64,000 nt of DNA from Podarcis melisellensis (lineage: Eukaryota): assembly GCA_964234715.1 (NCBI GenBank), contig OZ174282.1; one strand, 5' to 3'. Both the position numbers and the translations under genes were made by a program. The notes beneath the pieces were generated by a model, which was given only the letters and a program-made list of their open reading frames with translations, searched no databases and had not been told where the DNA came from. Shown one piece after another: positions 24,553 through 37,361 of this stretch; the first letter of the stretch is position 1, and the number at the start of each line of letters is the position of its first letter.

Positions 24553-26086
24553 CTAGTCTGTATCTATAGTTGGACCTTATTTAGATTTTTTTTTTAAAAA
24601 AAAAAATGTTTTGTTTGATTGTTAGTGACTTTGCCGCCTTGGGCTCCTTTGGGATACAGGGTGGGACAATAAATAAATAAATAGGTATTTATGTTTTTCC
24701 AGGTGATGGTGGTGGTGGTAGTTGGGAACAGTAATGTGAGTAGATTCTATTTATAAAAAGTTTATTTTAAAATATGCACAGAATAGAGAAAGTAGCTAGA
24801 GGAATGTTTTTCTCCCTCTCTCATAACACTAGAACTTGTGGGCATTCAATGAAGATGAATGTTGGAAGATTCAGGACAGATAAGAGAAAGGACTTATTCA
24901 TGCAGTGAGCAGTTAAACTATAGAGGCAGTGATATCCACCAATTAGGAGGGGTTTAAAAGAGGGTTGGACAAATACATGGAGGACATGGCTCTCAATGGA
25001 TGCCCCCCATGGGGGCTATGTTCTGCCTCCACTATCAGAGGTACCCTACCTCTCAATATCAGTGGCTAGGAATCACCAGAGTGCTGTTGCACCCATGTCC
25101 AGTTTGCATCTGGTTGGCCATTACCAGAACAGAATACTGGACTAGATGGGCCATGGACCTGATCCAGCCTGCTATTCTTGTATTCTTATGTCTTATATTA
25201 TACAAGCAATGTATTAGAAAAGCAATGTTTTGTTAGTGGTAGAGAAGGGAATGAATAGCCTCAGAGGATGGGGACATGACTTAGTTGTCGGGCACATGCT
25301 TTGTACACAGAAGATTCCAGATTCAAACCAAGTTTAAGAGGTTTACAAGTTTAAAAGATCAGGGAGAAGGTGATGTGAAATGCCTTTTTTTCTGCCTGAA
25401 CCCGAGAAAGCTGCTGACAATCAGGGTAGACAATATTGGGTTAGACAGGGTCAATCATATAATAATGAAGAAAATAAATGGAAGTCTGTCTGTTCTGTTT
25501 CATTCAAATGCAAAGGTATGCTGATTTAATTGACGAATTGATTGGTTGGTGGAATCTCATAGAATTAATCAAACAAGGTTTCTTTAATTGGGTGACAGCA
25601 CCAGTGTGGCACAAGGGTCCCAGCTTGATTTCCTTGCTGTTCAGTATTCTGGACAGGGTGACAGGGAGAATCAGAATTTGATTTACAGGATCCCCAGTCA
25701 AACGCATGACTACTCAGAAGCAGGGTTGGATGGATCAGTCGATTCCCAGTCTATGTTAGTTTCACATGTGCTCATTAATAAGAGTGTCCTGTGATTTCCA
25801 CATTAAAATGTGATACATCACATGCAACTCTGTTTTTATTCTGCTGCACTCCATCTTCTGCCCCCAAAACCACTTTGTCTCACTGTCTGCTGTGGTGAAA
25901 TTATGTAACTTTATGTCACTTATTATTTGAGTAAATTACATTGTCATTACATTGCCCTACTGGGTTCATTTCAATGCAAAGGAAAGCTTAACCAATTACA
26001 TATCATTTGGAGACTGAAAGCAACAAACAGTGAATACCAAGCATATGCACTGGACTGAATGCTATTCTGGACATGGAATGTATATA

Positions 26087-26312
26087 CAGTGGTACCTCGG
26101 GTTAAGTACTTAATTCGCTCTGGAGGTCCGTACTTAACCTGAAACTGTTCTTAACCTGAAGCACCACTTTAGCTAATGGGGCCTCCTGCTGCCGCCGTGC
26201 CGCTAGAGCACGATTTCTGTTCTCATCCTGAAGCAAAGTTCTTAACCTGAAGCACTATTTCTGGGTTATCGGAGTCTGTAACCTGAAGCGTATGTAACCT
26301 GAGGTACCACTG
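26087..26312. mobile_element. pogo/Tigger-like MITE, 226 bp
   Basis: TIRs CAGTGGTACCTCGGGTTA / TAACCTGAGGTACCACTG; TA TSD; internal TAACCTGAA repeats. Confidence 0.92.
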
Positions 26313-27716
26313 TATACAAACACTTTCAGTTTCCACTCCCATTTCCATTTTTGTCAAAATTCTCTGATATCCTGTAAGAACATAATAAGAACCTTCTGGA
26401 TCTGGCCAATGGCCCATCTAGTCAACCATCTTGTTCTCACAATGACCAACCAGCAAGCAGGACCCAAGCACAAGAGCTTCCCATGGTTTTCAACAACATT
26501 ACTGCTTCCAGCTGTGGACACAGCCATCATGGCTGGTAGTTACCTCCCCACCAGGAGCTGCAGATCAGGTTTGCACTGGAATTCCCAGAAATAAGATATG
26601 AATAGCACACCCCACTGAGTTCACTGGGACTACCCTCCAAGTAAGTGTGCAAAGCATGTGAATCTTTGGACAGTACTGATATGCTTGTTCCCCTCTCCCC
26701 TGGCTCTATCAACCAGATCTAGATCCAAACTGCAAACATTTTCTGAATGTGCTTGCAATTGATATATTGGCATCTGAATTACATAGTGGTGGTCAGGTAC
26801 TGTATTCCAGCTATTGGGTGCAATTCAGCATCTACCAGGAGTGGGCATGCTTCTGCAAGTCCAGTTCTTGACAGTGGCCCTGGAAGATTTCCTGCCTTTC
26901 TGCCATAGCATGGCACTTAACTCACTTCCTTGGGATACACTCATCTTTATTGTGGGCTCTATTGCTTTCTGATTTACCTGAAAAGGGGGCAAAGGCCCGA
27001 TAGTTTGAATGGCCAATTAATTCCACAATGTCATCAATTGAAAAACTCCAACAAAATGCAACCACTTCCTGTTTGTCTTTGCCATTAGGTGGCAATATAG
27101 TAACAAGTTTTGGCTTGGAATGGACACCCCTGGTGGGCTTTACTACCTCAGCACACTCTGCTAACAGAATCATTAAAACATTTTCTTTAATTTCCAGGAT
27201 ACAAGAGAATGATGTTGAGCAGTAGATTTTCTACATATAATCTCACAGCACTAAATCATACAACTGCTATGTTTTACTGCTCAAAATCACTTTTCTGATT
27301 AGTTTAACTTCAGCCCAACTGGCAGTGTTGGCAAATTTCGGATCATTAATAATTTGTAAGTTCAATATACACTGTCTAAAGAGCTAATCTCCAAGAAATA
27401 AAAGGAACAAAGGCAGAGGCTTATTATGCTGATACGATGACTTTAAATTCTATTGGAGTTAGTACAGAAGAGCACCCGCAACACGAAGGCAAATGAAAAT
27501 GACAACTGGAGAGATTTGTTATGCTGCTAAAGAATATAATTTTTCTCCCTCCCCCATTCCAAGCCAGCTCTTCCAACTTAGTCTGATTAAAAGAAAAGAG
27601 TAGAGTGGCTGTTTGTGTGATGAAAACACCTAATATTTTTGTTCAGAAGGACACAATGGAAACATGTATCTTTAGGACTGCAGTTCCCATCAGCCCCACA
27701 CAGCATGGCCAAAGGT

Positions 27717-27768
27717 CTGGGTTAGTGGAGCCTGTAACCTGAAGCATGTGTAACCCGAGGTACAACTG
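27717..27768. mobile_element. Right-end fragment of the same Tigger-like MITE
   Basis: tctgggttagtggagcctgtaacctgaagcatgtgtaacccgaggtacaactg followed by TA. Confidence 0.8.
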
Positions 27769-28011
27769 TATAGCATGCTAGAGGTTCCCTACTCCTGCAG
27801 GAGACACTACTGAACTAGATCAACCAATGACTTGATGTGTTTTTTTTTTATTTCCAGGAATCCATGTGTGTGTCTGTATGCACATGGCATATTTCTACCA
27901 GTAAGGAGTTAAGCACACCTGGATCAAGAACTAAGGTCTGGTAGAGCCTGTGACGTGATATGACTACCAATGTTAAATATGGATGCCTGTTTCCAATGCA
28001 AGGCTCAGTTT

Positions 28012-28258
28012 AAGAAGAAAAGAAGAAGAGTTTGGATTTGATATCCCGCTTTATCACTACCCGAAGGAGTCTCAAAGCGGCTAACATTCTCCTTTCCCTT
28101 CCTCCCCCACAACAAACACTCTGTGAGGTGAGTGGGGCTGAGAGGCTTCAGAGAAGTGTGACTGGCCCAAGGTGACCCAGCAGCTGCATGTGGAGGAGCG
28201 GAGATGTGAACCCGGTTCCCCAGATTACGAGGCTAGCACTCTTAACCACTACACCACA
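28012..28258 (-). mobile_element. MIR/Ther1-derived CORE-SINE (Squam3-type, young) with (TTC)n tail
   Basis: Antisense tRNA head (tgtggtgtagtggttaagag), CORE-like ctgggtcaccttgggccagtcacac...ctcacagagtgtttgttgtggggg, and L2-type tail gggatatcaaatccaaactcttcttct. Confidence 0.85.
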
Positions 28259-29206
28259 GAGGTGACATGATACAAATTTATAAACTTATGCTTGGACGGG
28301 AAAAGTGAATAGAGAAAAGTTTCTCTCCCTAAGTATATTGTAACACTGGAAACCATGGACATCCAATTAAGCTGAATGTTGAATGTCAGGATAGGTAAAA
28401 GAAAGTATTTCTTCACCCAGTGCATATTTAAACCATGAAACTCCTTCCCACAGGAAGCAGTGATGGCCACAAATCTGAATGGCTTTAAAAGAGAATTAGG
28501 CAAATTCATGGAGGAAAAGGCTATGGATGGCTATTGCCATTAAGGGTATGCTCTGCCTCTAGATTTGCAGTGAATATATATGCCTTATAATATATCTGTT
28601 TTATTTGGTGAAAATGCTCTGCAAAAATATGTAATATTTGCCTATGAATTTTCATGAACTTTTACAAAATTGCATCTGGTGTGAAAATGTGGAGAACTGA
28701 ATTTAAGATGTAATGAAGAGAGGGTTCAGAGAGCAATAGTTAGGGGTGGGCCTATGCCACTTTTCTGGTCTCTACTGCTTTTGCATGTTTTATTGTCATG
28801 CTGTTTTATTTCTGCATTGATCTTCAATTGCTTCCTCTCAAAACTTCTCAAAATATTATTTTGCCTATGTCTTAATATTTAATGGTGTATTTAACTCCAA
28901 AAACAAATATGTTTTTGTTTGTTCATTAGCTTGTTTATTTGTTTATTGGATGTACATCCTGTCCATCATTTTAGATAATCATGAGATAGTGAAATGAATA
29001 ATACCACCATTAAATCAGTCAAAATATAATTTGCCTCTCAGTTGTCATAGTGCAGGTCGTATAGGTAACATACTTGGAAAAGGTAGGTCTTCAGAAGGTG
29101 ATGAAAGATGGATAGTGTTGATGGCAGTTGAACTTCAGGAGGGAGTATATTCCACAGCTGGGGCACATTTACTTTCAAAATACTTATTTAAATGTGTATC
29201 TATATA

Positions 29207-29432
29207 CAGTGGTACCTCGGGTTAAGTACTTAATTCGTTCCAGAGGTCCGTTCTTAACCTGAAACTGTTCTTAACCTGAAGCACCACTTTAGCTAATGGG
29301 GCCTCCTGCTGCCACGATTTCTGTTCTCATCCTGAAGCAAAGTTCTTAACCTGAGGTAATATTTCTGGGTTAGCGGAGTATGTAACCTGAAGCGTATGTA
29401 ACCTGAAGTGTATGTAACCTGAGGTACCACTG
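29207..29432. mobile_element. pogo/Tigger-like MITE, 226 bp
   Basis: Same TIRs as 26087-26312; TA TSD at 29205-29206 and 29433-29434. Confidence 0.92.
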
Positions 29433-30750
29433 TACATTTAACTAGCCAAGAACTGTGTCCTTGCAAATTAGAGATGAGCAAGACCTGGCTGATCACTAGC
29501 TTATTACAATGCAATACTAGCAGAAGCCATTAGACCTTTTAAATTAGGGTTGCCATATTTCAAAAAGTAAAAACCAGAGCACCCCAAAAGTTGTTGAGAA
29601 TTTTTTAGGAAGACTGCAAAAATGTCAAAGAGCCCACAATTTTCCGACTGACTTGCTGCCTTTCGGAAATTCTTTAATTCAATAGAGTTTACTCCAGGTA
29701 AGCAAGGAACCTGCCCGTGTCCCATCTAGTCCAGCATCCTATTCTCACAGTGGCCAACCAGATGCCTGAGGGAAACCCACAGACGGGATGCAAGCAGAAG
29801 AGTATTCTCCCCTCTTATTGTTTACATTGACTGGTTTTAAGAAACATTTCTGCATCCAACTGTGGAGGTAAAGCATAACCATCATGGTAAGATGCCATTG
29901 ACTGCTTTCTCCTCTATAGTTTAAGGATCAAATCATTTCATAGAGAGACAAAAGAAACACAACATTCTCCTAGTAATATTTGATAAGAGAACCAAAGTGT
30001 TCTTACAAGCACAGTCTTGTTTTTGCTTATGAAATGTTGGAGGAAGTGGAAGCCAAATTTTGATACTGAAAGGGTCATCAGCCAAATTTTCACTATTAAA
30101 ATTTGTTTCCAAACAATGGCTATTCTGGCATACCCATCACCAAAGCTTGGTCAGTCTAGCCAAGCCGTTCAGAAATGCTGCCCAGGGTCAAAAGAGGATG
30201 GTAGAAGCAGCTTTGTTCAGCAAAAATGACAAACAACATTTCTGGAGAATATAACACCATAAAATCCTGGTTAATATATTTTCACTAATAACCAAGTGAC
30301 CCTGCCTCGTGGATTTATGCCATTTAAGAAAATGACAAGCACATATTTGCTGTTCTTTCGAGATTTAAGGGCATCGTAGAAGTGACATTCAAGATCTAGA
30401 TAAAGCAATAAGGGTTTAGCCTTCCACGCTCATTCTTGAAGATAAGTTGACTCTCCTTTTCCACAACGTGTGTGTTTGTGTGCATGCAGTTCTTTAAAAT
30501 GAATTAATATTTTCAAAGGCCAAAATTGCAGCATAATTTTTCATTTTGACAGCTCCTGAAATGCAGATAGATTTTGCATCAGATACTGGGCTTATTTATT
30601 TATTTCCTGCCCACCCAGCCCCATCTCCCACTCTCTTCGTCCTGCTTTGTTCTGCTTTTGCACTATTGTATGATCTGAGCTCTTCTACCCCCAAATGACC
30701 CTGTAATAAGATAAGAATTGGGGGGGGGGGGAGAGAAAAGAACAGAACAG

Positions 30751-30779
30751 GAAAGGAAAGGAAAGGAAAGGAAAGGAAA
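30751..30779 (+). repeat. (GAAAG)n microsatellite
   Basis: Read directly from the sequence. Confidence 0.9.
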
Positions 30780-31097
30780 CAGATTTTGACAAAGCTCTTT
30801 GGTTTGGACATTCTGACAGATATGCTAATAGCCAAAAGTAGACAGGGATTTGCTATGTAGATATATGGCTGTGTTGGTGGTGGGGAGATTCATCAAGACT
30901 CATCCTGAATGCCAAAGGCCTCATTTTTTCAGGCATGAGTTGCAATTGAACTGCAACTATAAATAGCAAATGAATTTTGAAAATCTTCTCTAGAACCCTG
31001 CTTCTAAAAATGTTTACTTCAATGTGGGCAGAATGTGGGCAGAAAATAGAATGTGGGCAGAAAATAACCCTCCTATTGCTAAATAAATTATTTTAAA

Positions 31098-31231
31098 CAT
31101 GGCTTTTTCAGTCAGAACTCATCAGAACTCAGTTCCTGCACCTCTCAAGTGGGCACCATTGCCATTCTAGGAACATGAGGGAGGTACTAATCGTGAATTC
31201 TGGCACCTCTTTTTCTAGAAAAATAGCACTG
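31098..31231. mobile_element. Short hAT-like MITE
   Basis: Imperfect termini CATGGCTTTTTC / GAAAAATAGCACTG with internal gaactc and gcacctct repeats. TSD not recognisable. Confidence 0.45.
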
Positions 31232-31348
31232 AATATGATTTAAACAGGGTTGCCAGATGGCCAGGGCTGCCCTGAAATCTATAGGTTTGCATGCCCACCA
31301 CCAGGTGGCAAGGGGAGGTCTTTAATCTCCAGGTGGACAAAAGTGCTG

Positions 31349-31351
<3 letters not shown>

Positions 31352-31396
<45 letters not shown>
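31352..31396 (+). repeat. (AAT)15 microsatellite forming the L2 3' tail
   Basis: Read directly; abuts the L2 3' end. Confidence 0.95.
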
Positions 31397-31788
31397 TTAT
31401 TTGTACCCCGCCCATCTGGCTAGGTTTCCCCAGCCACTATGGGTGGCTTCCATAGAAACCAAAAATACACTAAAATATCACACATTAAAAACTTCCCTGA
31501 ACAGGGCTGCCTTAAGATGTCTTCTGAATGTCAGGTAGTTGTTTATCGCTTTGACATCTGATGGGGGGGGGGCGTTCCACAGGGCGGGCACCACTACCGA
31601 GAAGGCCCTCTGCCTGGTTCCCTGTAGCTTTGCTTCTCGCAATGAGGGAACCGCCAGAAGGCCCTCGGCGCCGGACCTCAGTGTCCGGGCAGAACGATGG
31701 GGGTGGAGACGCTCCTTCAGGTATACTGGGCCGAGGCCGTTTAGGGCTTTAAAGGTCAACACCAACACTTTGAATTGTGCTTGGAAAT
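31397..31788 (-). mobile_element. Young 5'-truncated L2 LINE
   Basis: Open ORF2 C-terminus QAQFKVLVLTFKALNGLGPVYLKERL...RAFSVVVPALWN...FRRHLKAALFREVF. CpG-rich, with the 3' UTR ending ccagatgggcggggtacaaat and an (ATT)n tail. Confidence 0.92.
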
Positions 31789-31789
31789 A

Positions 31790-31852
31790 GAAGAAGAAGA
31801 AGAAGAAGAAGAAGAAGAAGAAGAAGAAGAAGAAGAAGAAGAAGAAGAAGAA
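31790..31852 (+). repeat. (GAA)21 microsatellite at the L2 5' junction
   Basis: Read directly. It is the source of the poly-E/R/F/L ORFs in the track. Confidence 0.95.
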
Positions 31853-34148
31853 GACTGTGCATGCATCTTGCAAAATTCAGCCTGGACAGAGCAGGTTGCA
31901 AATTATTGCATAGACTGGGGCATCTGCCATACAACTGTCTTGGGCACTCCACTCTGGATTTCTGTAGGGTTTACTCCTTAGCTTTTTCTTCTCCGAAAGA
32001 TATCCCGCAAGGCAGGAGAGGTTTAGGATCAGTTTTTCTTCTCCTTAGATGGGGTACCTTCCCAGAGGCAGTAATGCTTCTGAATACCGATTGCTGGGAA
32101 TCACAGGTAGCCAGAGTGCCGTTGTGCTCATATCCAGCTTGCAAACTCCCCACCAGGAGCTGGTTGGCCACTGTGAGAACTCAGGCTTTTAAAGCAATCT
32201 GTTCTCTTCACAACACTAGAAACATATTTTACATTTCTTGGTACTAGCATGAAAGCTTTGGAAGGCAATCACAGAAGGCAATCTCCAGATCTTGTTGGAC
32301 TCCAGGTCATATCAGCCACATACAGCATGACCAGGGGTTAGGGTGGCTGAGAGTTGTAGTTCAGCAACAACTGGAGAGCACCACATTGGCCACCTGTGAT
32401 ATTGATGTCCAAGCAATCAGGCAACTGGAAAAACAACAACCCTGCCTCTTGTTCCTTCATTGTCAAGCCCTGAAAGATGCCAAGTCCTCTCTCATCTTCA
32501 GTGTCACTATATCAGGTCATTCATCTGACCGCTGGAATGCGAAACTGGCTTATCCTCAAATAAAGAACTGTCACAAGGAGGAGAAACCAACCAAATACAT
32601 ACTTTTCAATTTTCAATTTTATGTTTTTCCCCAACTTCTGCTTAGAAGAATGACAGAAGGGGGAAAGAGGTTAGATCAACTTGGGATTATTTTTATGTTC
32701 TGTGGGCCAGCTGGAGCAAAGGCATCCCAGGTTTCTGGTTAGAAGTGCAGCCAGAGACAAAGTAAAAGTGCATTTCAAAACCCTTCAGTGAGAGCAGCAA
32801 TTTCTAACAGAAATTCAGGCACAAGTAAAAGGCTTTTGCAATGTTTTTCTTTATAAGAAGCAGGCAGGCCAGTTCCAGGTTTGAGGGGGCCCTGGAAAAG
32901 CGGCCCTCAACAGATCCTCAATTTGTCTAGTGACCTCCTTGCTTATTTGGGAATGTCTAGTAACAAAGGAGAAGCCACCCAACATTCAACAAACAGAAGC
33001 AAGAAAATAAGAGTGCCACTCCCTGTGTTGTTCTGGACACCACAGCACCTTAATTTCCCCCTTCCTTTTCTTTCTTCCTACATGGAAAAGCACCACTATG
33101 GGGAAGAGAGAGCACCTGCAGTCCGCACAGGAGGTCCCAGATTCAATCCTGAGCACATCCAGGAATACACAGAAAGCCTGAAGAGCGACTGCCAGTCAGT
33201 GTGATGGCAATGCTGAGCTAGATGGACCAATGGCAGCTTCCTATGTTCCTATTCAATGCAGCACCAGGAAGAAAAAGAAGCAAAATGTATTGAGGAAACA
33301 GCGCAGGAGACACTTCTTCTCTGTTGCTGACTTGCACTGCAGCCTCTGCTCTCTCTCCACATCTAAATTGCAATGGTGGTGGTTTGGTACTCTGGGCAGG
33401 AGGGAGAGCAATGGAGGAGCTCTATAGTCTGTACTTTGCTGGATGCAAGAAATGGATGCATCTGTCCAGTTCTGATTTCTCTCACCTTTCTAGTCTCAAG
33501 TCAAGATCATGGAGTGAAATGCTTGGATATATTTACCGTTTGCCCAATTTGCCCATAATCAGATCCACAGCAGAATAGAACAGTGTGTGAATGCTGACAT
33601 TCCCAGACTCAACTGTCAATGAAATTTGTGCAATTTTGTAAATGTATATTAACTCATTTTTTTTATTTGCAAGCATTGAGTGTTTTGTCTTTTCAACATA
33701 GCTCAGCCAAATGGTGCAGGCTTCCATATATCCAGCAAACAAAACATTTAGTGTCTGACTTGCCCTACCCATTTCTCTGTTCATATACAAACACACACAT
33801 GCATACCCATGTATAACTACTACTTTGGGCAGCAATAGGACAGCACTTAGTAAAAAACGCACAAGCAATCTGCACGTGAAGCATTGCCATAGAATCACTC
33901 CATATGTCAGCCCACGAAAAAGGTAAAGAAAATAGTAGCAAATCATATAGAAAGCATGCACATACAAGTGTGGGCGCATATGCTGGGAGATGTAAACATA
34001 CAAATATTTATATGCATTTTATTAAGCTTAGAAGAGATGTGCAGTGTCTCTGCAAAAATCCAAACATTTTCCCCAAAGCTTTCCATATGCAGAAAACATC
34101 AGGGTGGGGAGAGAGAAAAGGGAGACCTTTGTTGTTGTTGTTCTGTAA

Positions 34149-34642
34149 CATGGGTAGGCAAACAAAGGTCCATGGGCCAGATGAGGCCCAATTGCCTTCT
34201 GGATCCGGCCCGTGGATGGTCTGGGAATCGCCACAAGGATCGCCAGCATGCACACATTCTTTCCCTCTCCCTCCCTCTCCCTCCCTCTCCCTCACATGGC
34301 AGTGGTGCCGGCGCTTCCTCCCTCCCTCCTCCTGGCTTCTTCTCGCCCTGCCTTAAGAAGGAAGGGGGTTGGGCTTTGTTGGTGCCAGCAGCAGCAGCAC
34401 ACAAGCAGCCGCCATTTTAAGCAGCCCCTCTCCGGAGCCCTTTCGCGTGCCGCTCATCATCCCTCTGCCGCCACCACCACCACCGTCAGTCCCTGCTGCT
34501 TGCAAGACACAGGTAAGCAGCCACCAGGGCTCATGGTGCTCTTGCATCATTCCCTCCCCCCCAAAAAAAATATAGTCCAGCCCACTACAAGTTCTGAGGG
34601 ACAGTGGACTGACCCTCTGATGAAAAAGTTTGCCGACCCCTG
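34149..34642. mobile_element. Non-autonomous hAT element, 494 bp, with the same termini as 3667-3913
   Basis: TIRs CATGGGTAGGCAAAC / GTTTGCCGACCCCTG. Degenerate 8-bp TSD TTCTGTAA / TTCTACAA. GC-rich interior. Confidence 0.88.
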
Positions 34643-34680
34643 TTCTACAATAATAATACTAATAATAATACTACTAATAA

Positions 34681-35735
34681 TTTTTTATTTATACCCTGCC
34701 CGTCCCAGTTCAGAAAACCGGGCTCAGGGCGGCTAACAACCAATTTCAAACACTTAATTGTAATACAACATAGAAGCAGCATAAAATACAGTATAAAAAC
34801 ATGAACAGCAATACAATTCAAAGTTCAAAAATCAATTTGGGGGAAATCCATCCAATAAACATTAGATAGTCACCAGGGCTAGCTGGCTGAATTAGTCCTA
34901 CTTGGGCCAGCGAGGAGGCCAGGGGAGAATTAGCTGTGGGGTCCCAGAGTGGGTAATCTTCATAAAAAGGAAGGGGGAGGGAAGAGAAGGGAAATAATAG
35001 ATCAGGCTGAATTCAAATTAAAGGCCAGGCGGAATAGCTCTGTCTTACAGGTTAGATCCTGTAGGGCCCTAGTCTCATGGGACGGAGCATTTCACCAGGT
35101 TGGAGCCGTCACTGAAAAGGCCCTGAACCTGGTGGAGGATAGTCTGACTTCCTTAGGGCCCAGGACCTCTAAACTATGGTTATTCATGGACCTCAAGGTC
35201 CTTTGCGGGGCATACCAGGAGAGGCAGTCCCGTAAATACGAGGGCCCTAAGCCACAAAGGGCTTTAAAGGTCAAAACCAGGACCTTGAACCTGACCCTAT
35301 ACTCCACCGGGAGCCAGTACAACTGGTAAAGCATGGGTGAATATGCTCCCATGGCAGGGACCCTGTGAGGAGGATCGCTGCAGCATTCTACACCTGCTGG
35401 AGTTTCTGGGACAGTTTCAAGGGCAGCCCAGCATAGAGTGAATTACAGTAGTCAAGCTTGGAGGTGACCGTCACATGGATCACTGTAGCCAGATTGGGGC
35501 CAGATTGGGGAAAGGTAAGGGACCAACTGCTTAATACGGTGAAGATGGAAAAATGTCACCTTAGCTGTTGCTGTAACCTGCACCTCCATGGAAAGGGAGG
35601 CAATAAAGGATTACACCCAAACTCTTAGTGGAAGGCACTGGCACTAATTGGGCCCCCGCAAGAGAAGGGAGTTGGTCCCTCATCCCCATGCCATCCTGAC
35701 CCAGCCAGAGGACCTCTTTCTTTGAACCAAATCAG
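34681..35735 (-). mobile_element. L2 LINE, about 1 kb 3' portion; (TAA)-type tail at 34649-34680
   Basis: ORF 35092-35352 encodes LYWLPVEYRVRFKVLVLTFKALCGLGPSYLRDCL...RAFSVTAPTW. Upstream sequence encodes the ...TVTSKLDYCNS... region. Confidence 0.88.
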
Positions 35736-37210
35736 ACAGACTGCACAGTACTTCAGACTTAATGTTGCTATTTCCCAAAGCACCAAAGTGAAGTCTGAAC
35801 GGAATATTTCAGCCTGTGCACTTCTTCTAATGAATAGGACTTGGAGAAACCTTACAAAGACCTAAAGCACACAGCATAAGCAGCTGCAGGTGGAGGGTCT
35901 GTTGCCCTATAGGTCCAGTCTAGTGCAGCTTATCACAAGTCAAACTCTGCTGTTATTCCCAATTTTCCAAAACCAGTAATAAAATATATGCATGCATGGA
36001 TTATATTGGGAAGGACATTAGTGCAGTGACAACTTTTGCTCTGGACATGTTTATTTTCCCCCCTCTCCTGTCTGCCAGATCCTGAGCTATGCTTGCAAAA
36101 TATATTTGCTTGTCGATGGAAACTATCTAGCTCTGCAATAGTTGCACTTAATTAACATCATTTTGGATTCAAATTAGCCACCAAATCACACAACATGTGG
36201 CTGCTAAATGGCAATTACAATTTAATTTTATTAATTTTGTTGATCCTCATCCACCACAATCTCATTTGTTTCATCTAATTCCAATAAAGTATACAAAGAC
36301 CGCTGACCTGAAATTGCAGTTGGGTTGGATTTTTTAAATATATGTATATATACACAAACACACACACAAAACAATACTTTCTTCTATGGAGGAACAGGAA
36401 CAGGGGTCCTCTATGCATCCAGTCATTCTCAGCATGACTTATTTATGAGAAAACTAACACCATATGGGCTCTAAGTGTGTATTCCATAATGGGATTGGAC
36501 ACTGGCCTATTTGTCTGTGCTGTGGCAGTAGACATGGGGGACATGAGAGGAATGCAAACACCTGGCTGCAGGTACCAAAATAATGGAGCTTCGCCTGGGA
36601 AAGTGGAATATTTTTCATCAAACAGATCATTACAGAAAGATGCATTTCTCTACAGAGGCTTAAAGGTACTACAGTGAAAATATAATAATAGAATATATCA
36701 TTTTGTACCAGGGTTGGCTCATCAAGAAACATCATGATGCAAATATAAGTGCTGGATTGCTCCCTGCTTGAAATAAAAGGGAGATTTCCCCATGAGCATA
36801 AACATAAAGGGAAAGGCATGGACATCTCTCTCACTTGAGGTACTTCCAGATGACCAGCTTATTGAGCATTTAATCTGAATTGTTTTGCAGAAAGATTAGC
36901 TGACATTAGCTATTTAATGGGCATTTGTTCTGATTTGTTTGCAGGGAGGCTAGGTGACACTGTGTCGAAGCAAATGTTATTCTACAATTTCTGGTGCATT
37001 TCCCTCTCACTTATTGCAAAAGATCTGGTCTTTGGGGAGAAGTATTGGACAAGATCTCACAAACAACTGTGAATCTGCAAAGTTAATTTGTTGGTACATG
37101 ATTGTACCCCACCTCAAAACTGAGACAGTATGGAAGTGCTATCACCTGTCTAGAAGGATCTAGGATTAATAGTATTCATTTGCTTTGCTGAATTTTAAAT
37201 TATGCTCCTC

Positions 37211-37361
37211 NNNNNNNNNNNNNNNNNNNNNNNNNNNNNNNNNNNNNNNNNNNNNNNNNNNNNNNNNNNNNNNNNNNNNNNNNNNNNNNNNNNNNNNNNN
37301 NNNNNNNNNNNNNNNNNNNNNNNNNNNNNNNNNNNNNNNNNNNNNNNNNNNNNNNNNNNNN
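37211..37361. other. Assembly gap (151 N)
   Basis: Run of N in the sequence. Confidence 1.

Noticed and set aside
26087-29432. CRISPR-like or composite-transposon interpretation of the repeated units
   Set aside because: There is no regular repeat-spacer array. Each complete MITE has its own TA TSD, and the context is eukaryotic.
31021-31066. AATGTGGGCAG repeated three times
   Set aside because: An ordinary short slippage duplication with no further structure.
31215-32247. Poly-Y, poly-F, poly-E, poly-R and poly-L ORFs
   Set aside because: They are translations of the (AAT)15 and (GAA)21 microsatellites.
33904-34736. Cluster of long overlapping ORFs (150-174 aa)
   Set aside because: They result from the GC-rich, stop-poor interior of a non-autonomous hAT element and contain no transposase motifs.
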